A stretch of 64,000 bases of DNA, taken from assembly GCF_009914755.1 (NCBI RefSeq), contig NC_060940.1; one strand, 5' to 3'. Shown here piece after piece: positions 52,001 through 64,000 of this stretch. Within the stretch, counting starts at the first letter, position 1; every line of letters begins with the position of its first letter. Origin of the DNA: the human T2T-CHM13v2.0 reference genome, Homo sapiens. Position numbers and translations under genes: made by a program. The notes beneath the pieces were generated by a model. The model searched no databases. It was not told where the DNA came from and saw nothing but the letters and a program-made list of their open reading frames with translations.

Positions 52001-52512
52001 TTTGGAGAATCCAACCCATGACTTTTCTCAACCTTCTTCCACTCCATTTCTAGTTTTTCATTTATTTAAATATACTTTTAACTCCATAGGTGATATGCAA
52101 ATACATGCTTATCATAAAATATGCAAACATAAAAGAAAACCCCCTTTGATAATGTCTCTGTACTGCTACCTCTCTTGGAGACAAACAACTGTTGTCACTC
52201 AGCTCTTTACCTTCCAGGGCCCTTGGGCTGCTGGGTGACAGATGTCCCATGAAGGTGATTTGGGAGCCCAAACACCCTTTTGCCCTCCTGAAGTCCTAGG
52301 CCAGTTCTCAGTAAAAACAGTCAACATTCATCTTAAGTGCCTTCTCAGCTCCCTCCCTAGCAAACTCTGTGTCTGTTACGTGTAACCCCTACCCACCCTA
52401 AATCCCATCCCTGCAAAAGAACCCCACTCTCCACACTTAGGAAGCAAACAGATAAACTAGATTATTTCCTCATTGGAAATTTAGATTTGACTTTTCCAGA
52501 GGCACCTGCACC

Positions 52513-52825
52513 TTTATTATTATTTATTTATTTATTTATTTATTTAGAGAAAGGATCTCACTTTGTCATCCAGGCTGGAGTGCAGTGGTGTGACCAAGGC
52601 TCCCTGCAGCCTCAATCTCTCAACCTTAAGTGATCCTCCCATTTCAGCCTCTCGAATAGCTGGGACTACAGGCGTGCACCACCACACCCAGCTAATTTTT
52701 GCATTCTTTGTAAAAATGGGGTCTCACTATGTCGCCAGGGCTGGTCTCAAACTCCTGAGCGCAAGCCATCCTCCTGCCTTTGCCTCCCAAAGTGTTGGGA
52801 TTACAGGCATGAGCCATTATGCCCT
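52513..52825 (-). mobile_element. AluJ
   Basis: TSD CA(C/T)CTGCAC(C/T)TT. Confidence 0.88.
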
Positions 52826-54379
52826 GCTGCATCTGCACTTTAATATTGGATTCTTGAAGAGTGAGAAAGATATCAAAATTCAGTGACTCTCATCATTGCC
52901 TCTCAGGCACTAGGGCCACCCCTATGTTCCATTTTTAGGTGGTGAGCCTCTCTGAATCTGCAAATTCATATCACTTTGGTCACAACCTATTCAGCTAGCT
53001 ATGTGGCCTTAGGAAAATCACTGACTTCTCTGAATCGCATTAACTCATCTGCAGAATGTGAATAACAATAGTACCCCCATTTATTGGGTTGTTGTAAAGC
53101 TTAGATGGGATTATCTATTACAGCCCTAAGCACTATGCGTGGCACATAGCCAAGATGCAATTAATGTTAGGGATTATCATCATCATCATTATTTTTACTC
53201 TAATCTGTCATAACCCAATTCGCTCATTCAAGAACTATTTATTGAGCACCTGCTATGTGCCAGGCATTGTCCTTGACCCTGAGAGTAGGGCAGTGAAGGA
53301 GTCATACAAGGTTCCTGCCTTCTAGGGGCTTACATTCTAGTACAAATGTACCACACCTTTCTGTTTGATAAGCACTTTCTTCCCCATTGTGTCATGTTGT
53401 TCTCACTAATGCCTTTCAATCAGGCAAAGGCGGTATGATTGTCCGCATTGTACAGATAGAAAGCTGAGGCTTAGAGAATTAAGCTAACAGAGATAGCTAG
53501 AAAGTGGCCAGGTACAACTTGATCTAGGGTCCTCCTGGCTCGTTTCTGTGCTCTCTCATGATGGACACTGATGATTGTTTTGGGGTGAGGGGCATGGAAG
53601 CAGCTCTCAGAGCCTTGAGAGCTCTGACCCACCAGCAGAAGCACAAAAGAGAACCAGGGACTGGCTTTGGTTCGATTGCGAGTGTCCCAGTTAGTTCTGT
53701 CCATGAAGTCTGTCAATGACTGGGCCTAACAATGTGTGCCTCTGCCCGGTGTCAGCCTTGGGGGCCTGGAGGAGACTTTATCTTAAGGAAAAAGTGCTTG
53801 CTTCAGCACATGGCCAGTGGGGCCTGGCTGTGACAGCAGGCAGCTCTGCTGTGGCAGCTCAGCTGTCTGAGAGCACTTCCCCTTGGGTTCCCCACAGAGC
53901 AGGAGAGAAGGTGTCTAGGCCTATGGGCTTGGTGACCAAACTGCATGGTTTCTGGTAGTGTGCCTGGAACTCCTGCTGTGCAAGATTTCCTATATACACC
54001 CAGCATCCGCCTAGTCTGGGCTGGGCGGGGCAGGGCTGATCCTGTCTGAGAACACAGGAACTGGAAGTCTGTACCGGGGCAGGTGGCAGGGGCAGGCCTG
54101 GCAAAGACCCAGGGAGAGGACACCAAGGGCCAGCCACCGCACAGAGAGACCAGTGACTGAACATGGCTGGGCCGGGGTGTTTCCCAGCCCCGTCACAGTG
54201 AAAACTCACCCGTACCCGGTGACCCCAGGTGACAATTCTGAACCTGCAACAGCAGTGCATAACTGATAGTGTCACCTCTGCCTAATCCTCCTGGAAACAC
54301 ACACACACCCTGCTTTATTTCCCGTCTCTCAACACCCTTCCTTATGGGTACTTCATACCAGTCCCAAGAGCAGGCTTTT

Positions 54380-55330
<951 letters not shown>

Positions 55331-56117
55331 AATATCCTGCTATATGCAGCTTTCTTGGGTATACTTTTTTCTCATAATATTATGTGGCTAAAACTCACCC
55401 ATAGCGTAGCATTCAGCTACGGTCCACTTGTTGTCCCTGCTCTATTGCAGTTCTCCCTAGTATGTTCCATGGGAATTTACTGAATCTCCTGTTAGTGGAC
55501 ATCTGGGTTGTTACCAGCTTTCCATGACTTTGAACACGCTAAGCTGATCATTTTTGTCTGTGTCTCCAGGGAAACAATGTGAATTTATCAATTTACAATC
55601 CCAGTAACAACAAACATATAAATATCCAATTGATCTGTGTTCTTTCCAACAATTTGGTATTATCAAGCTTCTTAATTTTTTCCAACTGAAAGGGTATTAA
55701 GTGACATCTCATTGTGATCTCTTCATGGTTATTGCCTTTCCAAATATGGTTTACAGTGGTCAGTTGGTGGAGCAGTGGGGGTCATCCTGCAAGGGGACTG
55801 TGAAGATTTTTTTTTTTTTTTTTTAGAGATAGGGTCTCTAAAACTCAGGCTGGATTGAGTTCAGTGGCACAATCATGGGTCACTGCAGCCTCAACTTCCT
55901 GGGCTCAAGCGATCCTCCCACCTCAGCCTCCCAAAGTGTTGAGATTACCAGCATGAGCCACTATGCCCAGCCAAGACGTAAGGATTTAATGAAGCACAGA
56001 ATGCTTGCAAAGCCTTTCCCAGTTAGGACCACGTCACTGTCTTATTCAACTTTGGGTCGCCAATACCCAACACAATGCCGGGTACCTCATCATTATCAAA
56101 CCAACAATATGATAATA

Positions 56118-56155
56118 TTAGGTTGGTGCAAAAATAATTGCGATTTTTGCCATAA
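56118..56155 (+). mobile_element. MADE1 (Hsmar1 mariner MITE) half element
   Basis: TTAGGTTGGTGCAAAAATAATTGCGATTTTTGCCAT matches the Hsmar1 terminal inverted repeat. Confidence 0.8.
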
Positions 56156-56425
56156 CATTTATTGAGTGCTTGCTTATTAAGTGCCAGGTGCTATATTAAC
56201 TGACACCTTTACTTTTATTATTTCATTTAATTATTCTGGAAACTCTATAAGTTAAGTTCTATACTACCCCAATTTTGTAGATGGGAAACTGAAACTAAGT
56301 GTCTCTCCCAGAATCACACAAGTAGTAAATGATAGAGCCAGGATCTGAACGCTGGCATCTGACACCTAAGTCCTTAGCTACTATATTATAGGTGCTCAAT
56401 AAATTCTTGAATGAAATAACTTCAC

Positions 56426-56853
56426 TGTGTTATTCTCTTTCATGTTGCTTATAACCAAACACTTGAAACTGGATAATTGATAAAGAAAAGAAATTTCTTC
56501 ACAGTTACAGAGGCTGAGAAGTCCCAGGTCAAGGGGTCCTATCTGGTGACAGCCTTCTTGCTTGAGGGGACTCTCTGAAGAGTACTAAGGTGGTCCAAGG
56601 TGTCGCATGGTGAGGGGGCTGAGTGTGCTAACATGTTAGCTCAGGTCTTTGTTCTTCTTATAAAGCCATCAGTCCCCACCCATTATAACCCATTAATCCA
56701 TGAGTGGATTAATCCACTCATGGATTAACCCATTCATTAGGGCAGAGCCCTCATGATGCAAGCACCGTTTAAAGACCACATCTCTCAATACTGCCACATT
56801 GGGGATTAAAGTTCAACATGAGTTTTAGAGGAGACAAATATTCAACCCACAGC
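56426..56853 (-). mobile_element. MSTB-like MaLR solo LTR
   Basis: GAGGCTGAGAAGTCC...CTCAATACTGCCACATTGGGGATTAA...CAACCCACAGCA. Confidence 0.8.
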
Positions 56854-57099
56854 ACCTACCCATAACCAGAGATAGGGTCACACGCCATGGTACTTTTACT
56901 TTTTATCTCTTATCAAGTATATTTGAAATACACTTACATTTTGATTATAAACATGGCTTAAAGAATTTAACTCAATTTATAATTGGTTATAATTTCTCAG
57001 CAATCATGCAGACTTGAGAACTCTCGCTGTGAGAGATATCTAACTCACAGATTATTCTGAAATGCCAATTCCTCCTTTATCAACAATTCCTCTAACCTC

Positions 57100-60180
<3,081 letters not shown>

Positions 60181-60194
60181 TTTAGACTCATTCG

Positions 60195-61232
<1,038 letters not shown>

Positions 61233-61371
61233 ACAATTTTTTAATCAGGATGTAAACTTATGAAGTTACTGCCTGGTGTACAGTGGGTGCTAGATGGTAG
61301 GGTAGGTGCAAGTTAGATAAATGGAAGGAAAGAAGAAAGGAAGAAGGAAAGAAATTAGGCAACTATAGGAG

Positions 61372-61532
61372 CAAAGCTGGATTTACCAGGAAACCTCAGG
61401 GCTCTTCATTTGCAGGTGTCCCTTACAAGGCCTTGTACCTAATTTTTAATTCATAATAATGTATTCCTTTTCTAAGGAGAGTACCCTAGTATTGTATACA
61501 CTTTAGGCCACACCATACTTGGATTTGAGCCT
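61372..61532. mobile_element. hAT-type MITE (ORSL-like)
   Basis: GGATTTACC...CAAGGCCTTGTACCTAATTTT...TTGGATT; family call uncertain. Confidence 0.4.
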
Positions 61533-62310
61533 TTACAAGAGGTCTGTGAGAGACCCAACCCTTGTTCTTGTTTAAGATTTTTAAGCACAAGTGAAAATCA
61601 AGTGGTGTCAGGGAGTTGGGCATTTCCATGTCGTCTCCATCATGAACTCCACATCTGAAATTTGTAGAGAGATCATATGTAGGCCAGGTAAGGACAACAG
61701 TGTAAGGAATGGGTCGTAGGAAAAAAGTGGAGGTCAGGAATGTGTAGAATTGTTGGGCCGCTTCCAGTTGATTTCTGTAATCTACTCTCATACTTCAGGG
61801 CTATTAAGTTTCCAGAAGGTGTGAATCTGGGTGATGCTGGTTGCATTGTACTGGGCAATGGAGAAACAGTGGCTTGCAATCTGGAACTCTCTGCCTAGTC
61901 CTGGCTGGTCTTCACTAGGACTCACTCACTAACTAGTTGTTTGGCCTTGGTAGGAGTCACTTCACCTCTTTGGCCCTATGTTTCTCTACATTTAGGATGT
62001 TTGATAGGTGATTTCAGAGCCCCTTGTTTTAGCTTCATGAGAGTAGGGTTCAAAACTGCCTTCTTCACAACTGTATTCCCTGTGTTGAGTACAGTGTCTA
62101 ATAATAATTATTATTATTATATTAATAGTAAGATTTTTTCATAGTGCTTACAGATGAGGAAACTAAAGTGCAGAGCTGTTAAATAAATGTCCTAGGTCAT
62201 CCAGCTAGTAAGTGGCAGAACCTGATTCAACCCAAACAGTCTCACTCCAGAGTCTCTCTTCTGAACTGTGACACTCTATACCCACAATAAATATTTTTTT
62301 AATAGATTTA

Positions 62311-63088
<778 letters not shown>

Positions 63089-64000
63089 TAGAACACTTTT
63101 AGATTTGCAGAAAAATTGAGTAGATAGCACAGAGAGTTTGATGAATGAGCAAATCAGTGAATGGAGTATCCCTTGATGGAGACGCTGATTCTTTACCCAA
63201 GGCAGGTTAAAAGGGAACTCATCTTTGTGTGAGTTCTCTATGTGCCCAGCACTTTATATATGCTATTTACTTTATTCTTACAGCCAGCTTGTTAAATAGG
63301 GAGCGTTAACCTCATTTTGCAGTGAGCAAACTGAGGTTCTGAATGGCTAGAAGAATTGCCCTAAGTCCTCTAGCAGATGAGGGGGTAGAGCTAGAAAGTT
63401 CTTATCTATCTCATCCTAAAGATCACATTTGCTTTTTCCTCTGATTGAAAACTTCAAAGTTATCCTCAACAGGTATTTTGTTTTGTACATACCTAACATT
63501 GGTCTCTAGTGCCTTATAGTTTTTAAAATGCTTTTGTACCCCTCTTTACCTTTTGGTCATCACAACAGCACAGGAAGGTGAGTAAGGCAGCTTTTATGAT
63601 TGCATTTCATAGAGGCAGCTACTCGGGCTTAAAACATTAAGCTTGTATATGAAAAGGGCTGAGGTACCTTCAGGACTGGAACACAAATATGTTGATTTCC
63701 TACTCCATGGCCTTCCCTTCTCGCCAAAGCATTCCTCTGTTATAAACGACTTCATTGCACAGGATTCTTGCTGGGCCTGCACAGGAAATACCTGGTTTGC
63801 TCTGGTCGTGGAGCTGCTCCTCTTCCCTGGAGTTGGCCAGGGGAATTTTTCTAAAATCTAAGCTTTGACTGCATTTAACTCCTTTCCTAAATGTTTGGAG
63901 GAAAAGGGTGAACTCTGACATTTTATTTTTTCCCCCTTGTATTTAACCAGCACAAAGATTTGGCCATTTTCAGTTAAAGAATGTTGTTTCCGATTATGGC

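Noticed and set aside
63540-63585. Possible 9-nt microexon (ACAACAG|CACAGGAAG|GTGAGT)
   Set aside because: Motif only; such matches are expected by chance in a long intron.

Overview
This is primate, very likely human, genomic DNA. It is dense in Alu, MIR, L1, MaLR and DNA-transposon relics and has no prokaryotic features. The only credible coding sequence is a 52-codon minus-strand micro-ORF (3735-3893, [52 protein letters not shown]), too short to appear in the supplied ORF track. I recognise it from memory as CHD9NB (CHD9 neighbor, human 16q12.2). It has a strong Kozak context, an N-terminal MGCxxSK dual-acylation motif, a short uORF, a splice acceptor at 3999, a candidate first exon ending at 12478 and a candidate AATAAA at 2830-2835. 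Head-to-head with it is a CpG island (~14480-15160) with a plus-strand non-coding first exon (donor after 14836). I infer this is the CHD9 promoter, so the remaining ~49 kb would be CHD9 intron 1; no CHD9 coding exon is visible. Notable items in that intron: a full-length sense THE1A element, an Alu with a newly created splice donor, a 36-bp perfect palindrome, a locally duplicated MIR segment and a GC-rich block with five AP-1 sites. Gene names and repeat subfamilies are from recall, not database searches. Repeat boundaries are approximate.
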